From positions 72,405 through 136,404 of the forward strand of contig CAYXXZ010000001.1 in NCBI GenBank assembly GCA_964469165.1: a DNA stretch of 64,000 bases. The letters are read 5' to 3'. The translations under genes were made by a program, and so were the position numbers. This DNA comes from an uncultured Porticoccaceae bacterium. GTDB lineage: Bacteria > Pseudomonadota > Gammaproteobacteria > Pseudomonadales > Porticoccaceae. Within the stretch, counting starts at the first letter, position 1. The number at the start of each line of letters is the position of its first letter. The notes beneath the pieces were generated by a model. It worked only from the letters and a program-made list of their open reading frames with translations. It was not told the DNA's origin and made no database searches. Shown here in pieces: positions 1 to 10,301 of the stretch.

Positions 1-676
1 CTGCCGCAACGCGGTGCGCATGGCGGCGCTGATGAAGCAGCAGAGCATTTTCGTGTTCACCCACGACTCCATCGGCCTCGGCGAGGACGGCCCCACCCAC
101 CAGCCGGTGGAGCACCTCACCAGCCTGCGCACCACGCCCAACATCCACACCTGGCGCCCCTGCGACGCGGTGGAGTCCGCAGTGTCCTGGAAGGCCGCCA
201 TCGAGCGCCGCGACGGCCCCAGCGCACTGATATTTTCCCGCCAGAACCTGCCGCACCAGGCGCGCGACGACCAGCAGCTGGCCGACATCGCGCGCGGCGG
301 CTACGTGCTCAAGGATTGTGACGGCACACCCGACGCCCTGATCATCGCCACTGGCTCGGAAGTCGCCCTCGCGGTGGCCGCGGCCGACACCCTGGCACAA
401 AAGGGCCGCAAGGTGCGCGTGGTGTCCATGCCCTGCACCGAGCTGTTCGACGCCCAGGACCGCGACTATCGCGACAGCGTGCTGCCGCCCGCGCTGCGTG
501 CCCGGGTCGCCGTGGAAGCGGCACACGTGGACTTCTGGCACAAATACGTGGGCCTGGACGGCGCCGTGGTCGGCATGGCCGGGTTCGGCGCCTCGGCGCC
601 CGCCGGCGCGCTGTTCAAGCACTTCGGCATCACCGATGAAAAAGTCGTGGAAGCCGTCGAGGCCCTGCTGAATTGA
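1..676 (+). CDS. tkt: transketolase, C-terminal part (5' end lies outside the window)
   Basis: The reading frame is open to the window edge. The translation ([21 protein letters not shown]...WRPCD...) matches the conserved transketolase core/C-terminal region. It is followed by epd-pgk-fba, as in gammaproteobacterial clusters. Confidence 0.9.
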   Translation, partial: CRNAVRMAALMKQQSIFVFTHDSIGLGEDGPTHQPVEHLTSLRTTPNIHTWRPCDAVESAVSWKAAIERRDGPSALIFSRQNLPHQARDDQQLADIARGGYVLKDCDGTPDALIIATGSEVALAVAAADTLAQKGRKVRVVSMPCTELFDAQDRDYRDSVLPPALRARVAVEAAHVDFWHKYVGLDGAVVGMAGFGASAPAGALFKHFGITDEKVVEAVEALLN

Positions 677-1716
677 AGCGCGAAGACCGCCCCTTAAACA
701 TCGCAATCAACGGCTTCGGCCGCATCGGGCGCAGCGTGTTTCGCGCCCTGCATGAACGCGACCTGATCGCGGAGCTGCCGGTGGTGGCCATCAACGAGCT
801 GGCGGATGCGCAAACCATCCGCTACCTGACCCGTTACGACTCCACGCACGGCCACTTTCCCGGCCAGGTCGAGGTGGACGGCGAGTTCCTGGTGGTCGAC
901 GGTCGGCCCATCGCCATCAGCCACACCCGCGATCTCGACGATCTGCGCTGGCGCAACGTCGATGTGGTGCTGGAATGCAGCGGCGCGTTCGACACCCGCA
1001 GCGGCGCCGAAAAGCACCTCCAGGCCGGCGCCGGGCGGGTGATGTTTTCCCAGCCCGCGCAGGCCGACGTGGACGCCACCATCGTCTACGGCATCAACGA
1101 CAACGACCTGCGCGGTGAACATCGCATCATCTCCGCCGCGTCGTGCACCACCAACTGCGTGGTGCCCGCGCTCGCGGTGCTGCAGCGCGAATTCGGTATC
1201 GAGTCCGGCGTCATCACCACCATCCACTCGGTGATGAACGACCAGCCGCTGCTCGACTCCTACCATCATACGGATCTGCGCAAGACGCGCGCCGCCATCC
1301 AGTCTCTGATTCCCGTGGACACCCGCCTGGCGCGCGGTATCGAGCGCATTCTGCCGCAGCTGGCGGGGCGCTTCGAGGCGCAGGCGATGCGCGTGCCGAC
1401 CCAGAACGTTTCCGCCATCGACCTCACGGCGGTGATGAGTCGCGATGTCAGCCGCGATCTGATCAACCGCACCCTGCAGGAAGCCGCAAGCGGAGAACTG
1501 CAAGGCATTCTGGGCTACACTGAGGAGCCTTTGGCGTCCTGCGACTTCAACCACGACCCGCGCTCCGGCATCATCGATGCGAGCCAGACCAGGGTCGCCG
1601 GTCAACGGCTTGTCAAGTTGTTGATTTGGTTCGACAATGAGTGGGGTTACGCCAATCGCATGATCGACGTCCTGCTGCACTGGCGGGACCGGATTCGCGG
1701 CGCCAGCGCCGCATGA
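673..1716 (+). CDS. epd: D-erythrose-4-phosphate dehydrogenase (GAPDH family)
   Basis: N-terminal INGFGRIGR Rossmann motif and SCTTNC active-site motif. The block TTIHS.MNDQ...DLR+TRAA.QS+IPVDT+LA.GI.R is closer to Epd than to GapA as I remember them. The TTG start overlaps the tkt stop. It sits between tkt and pgk. Confidence 0.8.
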   Translation: MKREDRPLNIAINGFGRIGRSVFRALHERDLIAELPVVAINELADAQTIRYLTRYDSTHGHFPGQVEVDGEFLVVDGRPIAISHTRDLDDLRWRNVDVVLECSGAFDTRSGAEKHLQAGAGRVMFSQPAQADVDATIVYGINDNDLRGEHRIISAASCTTNCVVPALAVLQREFGIESGVITTIHSVMNDQPLLDSYHHTDLRKTRAAIQSLIPVDTRLARGIERILPQLAGRFEAQAMRVPTQNVSAIDLTAVMSRDVSRDLINRTLQEAASGELQGILGYTEEPLASCDFNHDPRSGIIDASQTRVAGQRLVKLLIWFDNEWGYANRMIDVLLHWRDRIRGASAA

Positions 1717-1759
1717 TGGCGGCGCGACCAACTTTCACTTACAGGCTTGAGGAACGAAG

Positions 1760-2941
1760 GTGACATTGACCGTTATCAAAATGGCCGATCTGGATCTCGA
1801 TGGCAAACGCGTGCTGATCCGCGAAGATCTCAACGTCCCCGTCAAGGACGGCGAGATCACCAGCGACGTCCGCATCCGCGCCGCCTTGCCGACCATCGAG
1901 CTCGCTCTCAGGAAGGGTGCGCGGGTGATCCTCATGTCTCACCTGGGGCGCCCCGTGGAAGGGGAGTTCGACGCGTCACTCTCTCTCCAACCGATTGCCG
2001 ATCGCCTCGCCAAACTGCTCGGTCGCCCGGTTGCCCTGGTGCGCGACTGGAGCAATGGCATCGAGGTGGAGCAGGGCGGTGTCGTGCTGCTTGAAAATGT
2101 GCGCTTCAACAAGGGTGAAAAGAAAAACGCCGACGAGCTGGGCAAGGCCTACGCGGCGCTGTGCGATATTTTCGTGATGGATGCCTTCGGCACCGCACAC
2201 CGCGCCGAGGCTTCGACCCACGCGGTGGCGAAATTCGCCCGCGAAGCCTGCGCCGGGCCCCTGCTGGTGGCGGAGCTCGAAGCTCTCGACAAAGCCCTGG
2301 CGGCACCGCGCCTGCCGCTGGTTGCCATCGTTGCCGGCTCGAAGGTCTCCACCAAGCTCACCGTGCTCGACAACCTGTCCGACAAGGTCGATCAGCTCAT
2401 CGTCGGCGGCGGCATCGCCAACACCTTCCTCGCCGCGGCGGGCAAGCCGGTGGGCAAATCCCTGTGCGAACACGATCTCATCCCCGAAGCCCAGCGCCTG
2501 ATGGGCAAGACCCGCATCCCGCTGCCCGTGGACGTGGTGGTGGCAAAAGAATTTTCGGCCTCGGCGCAAGCGACCATAAAGTCCGCAGACGAAGTGGCGG
2601 ATGACGACATGATTCTCGACATCGGCCCCCGGAGCGCGGAAAACCTCGCCGCCATTCTCCAGGCCGCGGGCACCATCATCTGGAATGGCCCGGTCGGCGT
2701 ATTCGAATTCGACCAATTCGGCGAAGGTACCAAGGTCGTGGCCAGAGCGATTGCCCAGAGCGCGGCGTTTTCCATCGCCGGCGGCGGCGACACTTTGGCG
2801 GCAGTGGACAAGTACGAGGTTGCCGATCAGGTGTCGTACATTTCCACCGGCGGCGGCGCTTTCCTGGAATACGTGGAAGGCAAGGTGCTGCCCGCCGTGG
2901 CAATCCTTGAGGAAAGAGCGGAAGGAAGGGCTGGCAACTGA
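1760..2941 (+). CDS. pgk: phosphoglycerate kinase
   Basis: 393 aa with typical Pgk blocks ([32 protein letters not shown]). The start could instead be the ATG at 1781. Confidence 0.95.
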   Translation: MTLTVIKMADLDLDGKRVLIREDLNVPVKDGEITSDVRIRAALPTIELALRKGARVILMSHLGRPVEGEFDASLSLQPIADRLAKLLGRPVALVRDWSNGIEVEQGGVVLLENVRFNKGEKKNADELGKAYAALCDIFVMDAFGTAHRAEASTHAVAKFAREACAGPLLVAELEALDKALAAPRLPLVAIVAGSKVSTKLTVLDNLSDKVDQLIVGGGIANTFLAAAGKPVGKSLCEHDLIPEAQRLMGKTRIPLPVDVVVAKEFSASAQATIKSADEVADDDMILDIGPRSAENLAAILQAAGTIIWNGPVGVFEFDQFGEGTKVVARAIAQSAAFSIAGGGDTLAAVDKYEVADQVSYISTGGGAFLEYVEGKVLPAVAILEERAEGRAGN

Positions 2942-3897
2942 TGGCGTACAAAGTCTTTATCGACGGCAGACACGGCACCACCGGGCTCAAGATCGACGAG
3001 CGCCTGGCAGCGCGCCGCGACGTGGAGGTTCTCGACATTCCCGATGCCGAGCGCAAGGATCCCGCCGCCAAGGCCCGCTACATCAACAATGCCGACATCG
3101 TTTTTCTGTGCCTGCCGGACGCGGCGTCGCGAGAATCCGTGGCCCTGCTGGAACCCGGCAACACCCGTACCCGTTTTCTCGATGCGAGCACCGCGCACCG
3201 CACCCACCCGGCCTGGGCCTACGGCCTGCCCGAGCTGAGCAGCACGCACCGCGCCGCCATCCACAGCGCCCAGCGCGTCGCGGTACCCGGCTGCCACGCC
3301 AGCGGTTTCATTCTGCTGGTGCAGCCGCTGGTGGCCGCCGGTCTCGTCAACGCCGATTACCCTTTTTCCGCCACTTCTGTCACCGGTTACACCGGCGGCG
3401 GCAAGGAGATGATCGCCAGCTACGAGGAACCCGCGCAACTGCCCGAGGCAATGAAAAGCCCGCGCCTGTATGCGGTGGGTCTCGCCCACAAACATCTGCC
3501 GGAAATGCAGACCGTATGCGGCCTGAGCCACAGCCCCCTGTTCACGCCCATCGTCGGCAACTTCGCCCAGGGCATGTTGGTGTCCGTTCCGCTGTTGCCC
3601 AGGTTGCTGCCGAAAACGCTGGCACCAGCGGATATACAGGCGTTTTATCAAGGCCACTATGCCGACCAGCCGTTCGTCAAGGTCATGCCGGCGGACGACA
3701 GCGCCCTGGACAATGGTTTTCTGCCCGCCACCGCCTGCAACGACAGCAACCGCGCGGAGATCTTCGTGTTCGGCCACCAGGACCAGATCCTGCTGGCCTG
3801 CCGCCTGGACAACCTGGGCAAGGGCGCCTCCGGGGCTGCGGTGCAATGTATGAACATTATGCTCGACACTGACGAAGCGACAGGACTTACTCCATGA
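2941..3897 (+). CDS. argC: N-acetyl-gamma-glutamyl-phosphate reductase, short (type 2) form
   Basis: 318 aa. N-terminus is FIDGRHGTTGLKI and the catalytic Cys lies in VAVPGCHASG. Length and motifs fit type-2 ArgC. Its ATG overlaps the pgk TGA by 1 nt (TGATG). Confidence 0.8.
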   Translation: MAYKVFIDGRHGTTGLKIDERLAARRDVEVLDIPDAERKDPAAKARYINNADIVFLCLPDAASRESVALLEPGNTRTRFLDASTAHRTHPAWAYGLPELSSTHRAAIHSAQRVAVPGCHASGFILLVQPLVAAGLVNADYPFSATSVTGYTGGGKEMIASYEEPAQLPEAMKSPRLYAVGLAHKHLPEMQTVCGLSHSPLFTPIVGNFAQGMLVSVPLLPRLLPKTLAPADIQAFYQGHYADQPFVKVMPADDSALDNGFLPATACNDSNRAEIFVFGHQDQILLACRLDNLGKGASGAAVQCMNIMLDTDEATGLTP

Positions 3898-3984
3898 GTT
3901 TCACGTTGCACGTTTCAAGTTACACGGGGCGCTATCTGCCAGCCCCGTGCTTCTACGTGAAACGTGAATCGTGAAACGTGTAAC
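3898..3984. promoter_or_regulatory. long composite palindrome/hairpin between argC and fba
   Basis: Three complementary arm pairs can be read directly. GTTTCACG (3898-3905) pairs with CGTGAAAC (3970-3977). ACGTTTCA (3910-3917) pairs with TGAAACGT (3958-3965). CACGGGGC (3923-3930) pairs with GCCCCGTG (3942-3949). It contains four or five TGAAAC/TGAATC half-sites. Confidence 0.5.
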
Positions 3985-4002
3985 TCAAGAGGGAAACAAG
4001 AC

Positions 4003-5067
4003 ATGGCACTCATTTCAATGCGACAACTGCTGGACCACGCCGCCGAATACGGTTATGGCGTGCCCGCCTTCAACGTCAACAACCTGGAACAGATGCGCGC
4101 CATCATGGAAGCGGCGGACGAGACCGACTCACCGGTGATCGTCCAGGCCTCGGCCGGGGCCCGCAAATACGCCGGTGCGCCGTTTCTGCGCCACCTGATT
4201 CTGGCGGCAATAGAAGAATTTCCCCACATTCCCGTGGTGATGCACCAGGATCACGGCACCAGCCCGGCGGTGTGCCAGCGCTCGATCCAGCTGGGCTTCT
4301 CATCGGTGATGATGGACGGCTCTCTGGGTGAAGACGGCAAGACACCCATGGACTACGACTACAACGTGCGCGTCACCCAACAAGCCGTGGCCATGGCCCA
4401 CGCCTGCGGCGTCTCCGTGGAAGGCGAGCTGGGCTGCCTGGGCTCGCTGGAAACCGGCCAGGCCGGAGAGGAAGACGGCATCGGCGCCGAAGGCGTCCTC
4501 GACCACAGCCAGTTGCTCACCGACCCGGACGAGGCAGCGGATTTCGTCAAGGCCACGAAGGTGGACGCGCTCGCCATCGCCATCGGCACCAGCCACGGCG
4601 CCTACAAGTTCACACGCCCGCCGACCGGGGACATCCTCGCCATCGACCGCATCAAGGCCATCCACGCGCGCATCCCCAATACTCACCTGGTGATGCACGG
4701 CTCGTCCTCCGTGCCGCAGGAATGGCTCCAGGTCATCAACGAATTCGGCGGCGAAATTCCCGAAACCTACGGCGTGCCCGTGGAGGAAATCGTCGAGGGC
4801 ATCAAGCACGGCGTGCGCAAGGTGAACATCGACACCGACCTGCGCCTGGCCAGCACCGGCGCCATTCGCCGCTTCCTGGCCCAGAACAAGAGTGAATTCG
4901 ACCCGCGCAAATACTTTGCCGTGGCCACCCAGGCCATGAAGGACATCGTGGTGGCGCGCTACGAAGCCTTCGGCACCGCCGGCAACGCCAGCAAGATCAA
5001 GCCCATCAGCCTGGAAGACATGTTCAAGCGCTATGAGAAGGGCGAGCTGGATCCGCAGGTAAACTGA
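4003..5067 (+). CDS. fba: fructose-1,6-bisphosphate aldolase, class II (Calvin-cycle/FbaA subtype)
   Basis: [32 protein letters not shown] and the long class II body. ATG at 4003 is preceded by AAGAGGG. The ORF-track start at 3964 lies inside the palindrome and is less likely. Confidence 0.95.
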   Translation: MALISMRQLLDHAAEYGYGVPAFNVNNLEQMRAIMEAADETDSPVIVQASAGARKYAGAPFLRHLILAAIEEFPHIPVVMHQDHGTSPAVCQRSIQLGFSSVMMDGSLGEDGKTPMDYDYNVRVTQQAVAMAHACGVSVEGELGCLGSLETGQAGEEDGIGAEGVLDHSQLLTDPDEAADFVKATKVDALAIAIGTSHGAYKFTRPPTGDILAIDRIKAIHARIPNTHLVMHGSSSVPQEWLQVINEFGGEIPETYGVPVEEIVEGIKHGVRKVNIDTDLRLASTGAIRRFLAQNKSEFDPRKYFAVATQAMKDIVVARYEAFGTAGNASKIKPISLEDMFKRYEKGELDPQVN

Positions 5068-5101
5068 CTCTGTCCTTAAAATTTCCCTGCTTGGGCCAAA
5101 A

Positions 5102-5133
5102 GACGGCAGCATATAAGCTGCCAAGCTGCCGTC
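5102..5133. terminator. hairpin downstream of fba, between convergent genes
   Basis: GACGGCAGC (5102-5110) and GCTGCCGTC (5125-5133) form a 9-bp stem. There is no clear T-tract, so the call is tentative. Confidence 0.35.
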
Positions 5134-5164
5134 CCGTAGCAGGGCGCCCCTCCAGATCGCGGAA

Positions 5165-5542
5165 TTAATCCAGACAGAAATCCTGCTGGTAATAGCTGTC
5201 GTTGGACAAATTGCCACAACCGGCGCTTTGACAAGAAGCAACCTTAACCCAAACACCTGCACTATTTATCGTCTCTGCTGAATTAGTGGACGCATAAAAC
5301 GATGGTATGCAGCTGATATTATCAAGGCGGTAAGCCACGAGACAAAATGAGACGCTGCTGACACTTTGCCAGAAATCTTGATGCACTGAGTAGCCTGTGG
5401 CCCAACTCGAACAAGTGGATACGAGTACACCATCTACATAAGAGGAAGGCGTTGTAGACCCGGTGCTCGGCTGGACAAACGGACCCATGCCTATTTCTGC
5501 CCACGCGGTATTAACTTGACTCCAGATCAGATTGGGATGCAT
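5165..5542 (-). CDS. hypothetical Cys-rich protein in the low-GC islet (possibly another fragment of the decayed gene upstream)
   Basis: 125-aa ORF in AT-rich DNA. No motif recognised and no signal peptide. Confidence 0.25.
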   Translation of the reverse strand: MHPNLIWSQVNTAWAEIGMGPFVQPSTGSTTPSSYVDGVLVSTCSSWATGYSVHQDFWQSVSSVSFCLVAYRLDNISCIPSFYASTNSAETINSAGVWVKVASCQSAGCGNLSNDSYYQQDFCLD

Positions 5543-5639
5543 TCCCTATTTATATGTTTGAATATGGTCAGATTTTTCCCAGATGCTGTGATCCAGCCAG
5601 GAGAGCTATAGAGAGGAGCATGCTTAAAATTAGCAATCA

Positions 5640-6023
5640 GCACTGAAAAAAATCAGCGAGCCTCTCCTGAAAAGCCAGGTTTTCGTAATAACCTGGATTC
5701 AAAGAACTCGGAAAGTTTCCATTAGGTTTTCTATGGAGGATATAGGCATGCCCCATTTCGCGCATTGTTATCTTGGAATTTTCAGGCTAGCTTCTGAAAC
5801 GATTGTGGTGAATAAAGCTTTCTGCAGACGTCCCAACTTTAAAAGATTTGGTTTCTGCTACAGCAGGCTTACTCGGTGGCTCCAATAATGTCTCAACCTG
5901 GATATCTATTACACCACCCTTACCTACATTGTTAGAACCAGGAGCGGTCATCAATTCAGTATCCAGAAATTCCATCGAATCCCGTGCTGCTGACAACGGA
6001 ATTGTAAACTCTTCCTCTACGCA
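5640..6023 (-). pseudogene. in-frame continuation of the 6024-7355 ORF, interrupted by stops; carries an HExxH-like remnant
   Basis: The same reading frame continues past TGA (6024-6026) and TAG (5787-5789) to TGA (5637-5639). The last segment reads ...KITMREMGHAYILHRKPNG, i.e. R-E-M-G-H where metalloproteases have H-E-x-x-H. Confidence 0.45.
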
Positions 6024-7355
6024 TCACGAATCTCCAGAGATGCAAGGATTTGCTTGGCCACTATCAATAATGGTTGGCATGTGATTGCACCACCATCTAC
6101 TTTCAACTATTTGACTGCCATCGCAGATCCTAACATCGCTTGCACCCGATGCTCTTGAAATTATAAAAACTTCACCACTATCCGCATCGACGTAAACTGG
6201 CGGCATAATGCCTCCTGTCTTCGCATCAAAAACTATTCTCCAGTGGAGCTTCAGGGATGGCACTCCGCTGTCATAATCAGGCAAATATACCAAAGCGGAT
6301 CGATCAGATAGCACGCTTAGATCACGAAAATCTTCATAGCTATTTTCAGAGACAAATTTCTCAGCCATTTCAAGTGCACCACGTTCAGTAACTTCTGGAT
6401 GAGATTCATCTAAAGGGTCTATAAAATATGAAGTGGAAATATATCCAATTTTTCCCGTATTTTTATTGACTGCTATCTGCGCTCCACTACCTTCTACCAG
6501 AAGACCATTGATCCTTTCATCATACTCATAGATGACAGCATCCCCCACATTTTCGGTACTTCGGTATTGAAATTCCTCACCGCCCAGTTTTGGGTAGTTT
6601 CCGATTAGATAAGAAAGCACCGCGTCACCAGCCTCTTGCCTTCCTGACTTCAGCAGCTCAACGTCGAGGCTTACCTTCAGGTGATCAGAAGCTCTTAGAA
6701 TAGTATTAATTGTTCCATTTGGAGACAGCCTGTAGTCTTCTGGAGATATCTGAGACAAGAACTGATACTGCTTGATCTTGGCCTCCAAAAATCTAGCTCT
6801 TCTTTCAAAAGCACTTTCAGACAAAGACAAATAACTTTCTGACCCATCATCCTGAGTATAAATAATGTGGGTATTATTCTGATCGGATGGGCGAATTCTG
6901 ATGTTTCCTTCATTAGTTTTTATAACACCAGACATATTGAATGAGAGCGAAACACCTTCGTCTTTTTGGCCGAAGAAACTGTCCTTTTCAATGATAAACA
7001 ACACCTCGTTATCCGTATTACCTGTGAGGTGGCCTATCCAATGAACAACATTATCATTTTCTATATAATGGGTTTCTTTGAAAACAATATGATACACCTT
7101 GCCCTTGAAATTCAAGGAAACCATACTTCCGGGCTTCACCTTCTTGCCAACCAGCTCTTTTGGCTCAATATTGGAGAACTGATAGCTACTCGTTTGGGCA
7201 TCTAGTTTTTTCTTGTTTAATTTTTTCTCTAAGGCAGCGACAAAAGAGGAGGGGATAGGTTCGTTAATCGGCTTTGAAGTAACCATTGCGCTGAGAAAGA
7301 GCAAGAATATAGGGAAAAACAATAGTAGTCTTTTCATTTTGAACTCCGTGTTCAT
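6024..7355 (-). CDS. secreted protein with protease-propeptide-like (FTP/PepSY-like) region
   Basis: N-terminal signal peptide (MKRLLLFFPIFLLFLSAMVTS). The C-terminal part (...ALVYLP.....LKLHWRIVFDA......VYVDADSGEVF) resembles PepSY/propeptide inhibitor modules of secreted metalloproteases. The surrounding DNA is about 37-43% GC by spot counts. Confidence 0.55.
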   Translation of the reverse strand: MNTEFKMKRLLLFFPIFLLFLSAMVTSKPINEPIPSSFVAALEKKLNKKKLDAQTSSYQFSNIEPKELVGKKVKPGSMVSLNFKGKVYHIVFKETHYIENDNVVHWIGHLTGNTDNEVLFIIEKDSFFGQKDEGVSLSFNMSGVIKTNEGNIRIRPSDQNNTHIIYTQDDGSESYLSLSESAFERRARFLEAKIKQYQFLSQISPEDYRLSPNGTINTILRASDHLKVSLDVELLKSGRQEAGDAVLSYLIGNYPKLGGEEFQYRSTENVGDAVIYEYDERINGLLVEGSGAQIAVNKNTGKIGYISTSYFIDPLDESHPEVTERGALEMAEKFVSENSYEDFRDLSVLSDRSALVYLPDYDSGVPSLKLHWRIVFDAKTGGIMPPVYVDADSGEVFIISRASGASDVRICDGSQIVESRWWCNHMPTIIDSGQANPCISGDS

Positions 7356-7883
7356 CGGAACTTATAATCCTAAATAACACCATGTGAGCCATGCCATGCT
7401 CACAGGAATTTATTACTCCGTTACTGAACGATGGAAGTAATCAGGGCGTGATAATTACCTCCTTGTGCTAGTTGACTTCTTGTTATCGACTCCTCAAGCA
7501 AGGAGTTTAGTTGATCGAATTATTCTGTACAAATTTCTTCCAAAACTATTAGTTCACGACTTGGCTTCCCAGGCCTGCAGTTTGGATGTGTGCTTGACCT
7601 CTTCAAGATTATTTTGAACTAGAACGGCCTTCCATTTTTACTCTATGCCCAGCAAAATAGTTTATTGATATTGGAGATAGAGGGTGCAAAAACGCTCCAA
7701 AGCAAACACAGATTCAACAGCAATACGTGCCATTTTCGTAGAGTGGGCTTCCATGCTCTCTTGCCAGACCATTCAAAGAATGGTTGAAGTTACGATACAG
7801 CGAAAAGACTAACAATTGAGGGAGAGCGATAAAGGTGCTTTATTATATTGTGCTAACACTCTACCGTTGCAGAAGGACAACAA

Positions 7884-8849
7884 ATGCGGCTTTCACCTTA
7901 TGAGATACAGACTCTCCACACCAGCCTGTCAGTCCTGAATTTCGATCCGCTCATGGATTCCGATCCGTCCCAGGAGCCAGTGGCGGGAAAGTATCTGCGC
8001 CTTTACGGCATGGATTATTCCGAAACGGACAGTGCCACGCACTATCTGCATCGCTGGGGCAGGGTGACGGTGCCCCCTTATACCATCGCCTGCCACTACT
8101 GGCTGCCGCAGCAGGCGCCGACCCTGCCGGAAAAAGGCATGGTGATGGTGGTACACGGCTACTTCGATCACGTCGGGCTTTACGGCCATCTGGTACGCCA
8201 TCTGCTTGAACAGGGCTACGGCGTGGTGGCGTTCGACCTGCCGGGGCACGGGCTGTCCAGTGGTGAACGCGCCAGCATTGCCAGTTTCGATGACTACGTG
8301 GACGTTTTCGAAGCCATTCTCTCCCTTGTAAAACGGGCATTCCCCGTATCCCTGTGCGCCGTTGGCCAAAGCACCGGCGGCGCCATCCTTCTCAAGCATC
8401 TCAGCCTCGGCAACCGGGATCTGGCCAGGGTCGCCTTGCTCGCCCCGCTGGTGGAGCCGGCACAGTGGTGGTTCAACCGCATCATCTACGCGCTGGGCCA
8501 TCGCGTCCTCAAAGGTGTGAAGAGGGTATTCAAGGTCAATTCCGGCGATGCGGATTTCGTGCGCTTCATCGAACACGACGACCCTCTCCAGCCGGACTAC
8601 ATCCCCATCGCCTGGCTCGGCGCCATGCGCGGCTGGGTAAGGGAGTGCCGCGCCATGAAGCCCTGCGATTTTCCCGCCACCATCATTCAGGGCACGGCGG
8701 ACACGACGCTGTCGTGGCGCACCAACCTGCGCATACTGCGCCGCAAGTTTCCCGCCGCCACCGTTGTCTTGATTCCCGAAGCGCGCCATCATCTGGTGAA
8801 CGAAAGCCCGCCACTGCGCCAGCAGGTGTTCGAGCTCATGGGGTTCTGA
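7884..8849 (+). CDS. alpha/beta hydrolase (lysophospholipase/monoacylglycerol-lipase-like)
   Basis: HGYFDH.G.Y..L...L...GY.V.AFD.PGHG.S.G and the nucleophile elbow GQSTGG. Confidence 0.8.
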   Translation: MRLSPYEIQTLHTSLSVLNFDPLMDSDPSQEPVAGKYLRLYGMDYSETDSATHYLHRWGRVTVPPYTIACHYWLPQQAPTLPEKGMVMVVHGYFDHVGLYGHLVRHLLEQGYGVVAFDLPGHGLSSGERASIASFDDYVDVFEAILSLVKRAFPVSLCAVGQSTGGAILLKHLSLGNRDLARVALLAPLVEPAQWWFNRIIYALGHRVLKGVKRVFKVNSGDADFVRFIEHDDPLQPDYIPIAWLGAMRGWVRECRAMKPCDFPATIIQGTADTTLSWRTNLRILRRKFPAATVVLIPEARHHLVNESPPLRQQVFELMGF

Positions 8850-10226
8850 ATGAAACAGTTCGCTGACCACTTCAAGGCCATCGTCGGCGCCGACCACGTC
8901 CTTGCCGATACGACGGAAATGGCCCCTTATGGCATCGACCGCACCACTCTCTGGCAGCCCAATCCCTCGCTGGTGATACGGCCCGACTCCATCGAGCAAG
9001 TACGGCAGATCGTGCTGCTCGCCAACGCGCACAATATTCCCCTGGTACCCTCCGGCGGTCGCACCGGGCTCGCCGGCGGTGCCGTGGCTCGGCACGGCGA
9101 AGTGGTGGTGAGCCTGGAGCGCATGAACCGCATCCGGCATTTTTCTGGGCCTGACCAGGCCGTCACCTGCGAAGCGGGGGTGATCACAAAACACCTTCAA
9201 CAGTTCGCACAAGAGCAGGGGCTCTTTTATCCGGTGGATTTTGCGTCCTCCGGCTCCAGCCATATCGGAGGCAACGTCGCCACCAACGCCGGCGGCATCC
9301 ACGTGCTGCGCTACGGCGGCACCCGTGAACAGATAACGGGCCTCAAAGTGGTCACCGGCAATGGCGATATCCTCGACCTCAATCGCGGTCTCGTAAAAAA
9401 CAACTGCGGCCCGGATTTGCGACACCTGTTCATCGGCTCCGAAGGCATCCTCGGTTTCATCTGCGAAGTCACCGTCAGGCTCCAGCCGGCGCCGCCGCCG
9501 CAAACCGTGATGGTGGTCGCCAGCCGGGCGATCACCGACCTGCTCTCCGTTTTCCAGCAGGCGCGCAAGCGTTTCTCTCTGAGCGCGTTCGAATTCTTTT
9601 CACAACAGGCAGTGGACGCCGTAACAGCACATACAGGACAGCCATCTCCCTTTACCACGCCGGCGCCTTGCTACGGCCTGCTGGAGTTCGACGCGCCGCA
9701 CGACGAAGAGGCCATCAGCGATTTCTTTGCGCACTGTCAGAGCCATGGCTGGATCGATGATGCGGTAATCGCCCGCTCTGAGAGGCAGGCCAGGACACTA
9801 TGGCAACTGCGGGAGAACATTTCGGAAAGCCTGTCACCCCGCAAGCCGTTGAAGAATGATGTGGCCGTTCGACTGGAGGTTCTGCCCCGCTTCATTGCAC
9901 AGCTGGAATCGCTGCTGGCGGACAGATTTCCGGATCTGCGCAGCGTCTGGTTCGGGCATCTGGGCGACGGGAATATCCATGTGAATATCCTGCAACCCGA
10001 CGAAGGCGGCGATCGGCAGTTTGCCGAGAAGGTACCGCAGATCCTGGCACTGGTATTTGACCTGGTGAGCAGGCAGGGCGGGAGCATCTCCGCGGAACAC
10101 GGCGTGGGCTTGCTGAAGCGGGACAGCCTGAAGCGTTCCGAATCCGCCGGCGAAGCCATGCTGCGCGTACAACTCAAGACATGCTTTGATCCCCATGATG
10201 TCATGAATCGGGGCAAGGTGGTGTGA
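8850..10226 (+). CDS. FAD-linked oxidase (GlcD / D-2-hydroxyacid dehydrogenase family)
   Basis: PCMH-type FAD-binding blocks (PSGGRTGLAGGAV, GGNVATNAGG, HLGDGNIH, SAEHGVG). Its start abuts the stop of the hydrolase gene. Confidence 0.85.
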   Translation: MKQFADHFKAIVGADHVLADTTEMAPYGIDRTTLWQPNPSLVIRPDSIEQVRQIVLLANAHNIPLVPSGGRTGLAGGAVARHGEVVVSLERMNRIRHFSGPDQAVTCEAGVITKHLQQFAQEQGLFYPVDFASSGSSHIGGNVATNAGGIHVLRYGGTREQITGLKVVTGNGDILDLNRGLVKNNCGPDLRHLFIGSEGILGFICEVTVRLQPAPPPQTVMVVASRAITDLLSVFQQARKRFSLSAFEFFSQQAVDAVTAHTGQPSPFTTPAPCYGLLEFDAPHDEEAISDFFAHCQSHGWIDDAVIARSERQARTLWQLRENISESLSPRKPLKNDVAVRLEVLPRFIAQLESLLADRFPDLRSVWFGHLGDGNIHVNILQPDEGGDRQFAEKVPQILALVFDLVSRQGGSISAEHGVGLLKRDSLKRSESAGEAMLRVQLKTCFDPHDVMNRGKVV

Positions 10227-10301
10227 ACCATTCACTGCCGTCGACTGAAGCTTATTCCACATGGAGTTGCCAATCCGTATCCGATCGACTACAGTTTCTC
10301 T

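Noticed and set aside
694-1731. Long antisense ORFs opposite well-supported genes. Examples: 694-1731(-), 1976-2716(-), 2827-3846(-), 7929-9503(-), 14632-16056(-), 19975-21870(-), 24885-25760(+), 27087-27806(+), 53279-54121(+), 56708-58141(+), 60579-61514(+).
   Set aside because: These are typical high-GC shadow ORFs. Their translations are Arg/Ala/Gly/Pro-rich or low-complexity with no motifs. The opposite strand in each case encodes a protein with clear family signatures.
5637-6026. In-frame TGA codons (6024, 5637, and 42009 in DUF938) as evidence for selenocysteine or TGA-sense recoding.
   Set aside because: Most confidently called genes in the window terminate with TGA. One of the interrupting stops is TAG. 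No SECIS-like hairpin follows the TGAs. The sequence context fits Trp-to-stop or decay instead.
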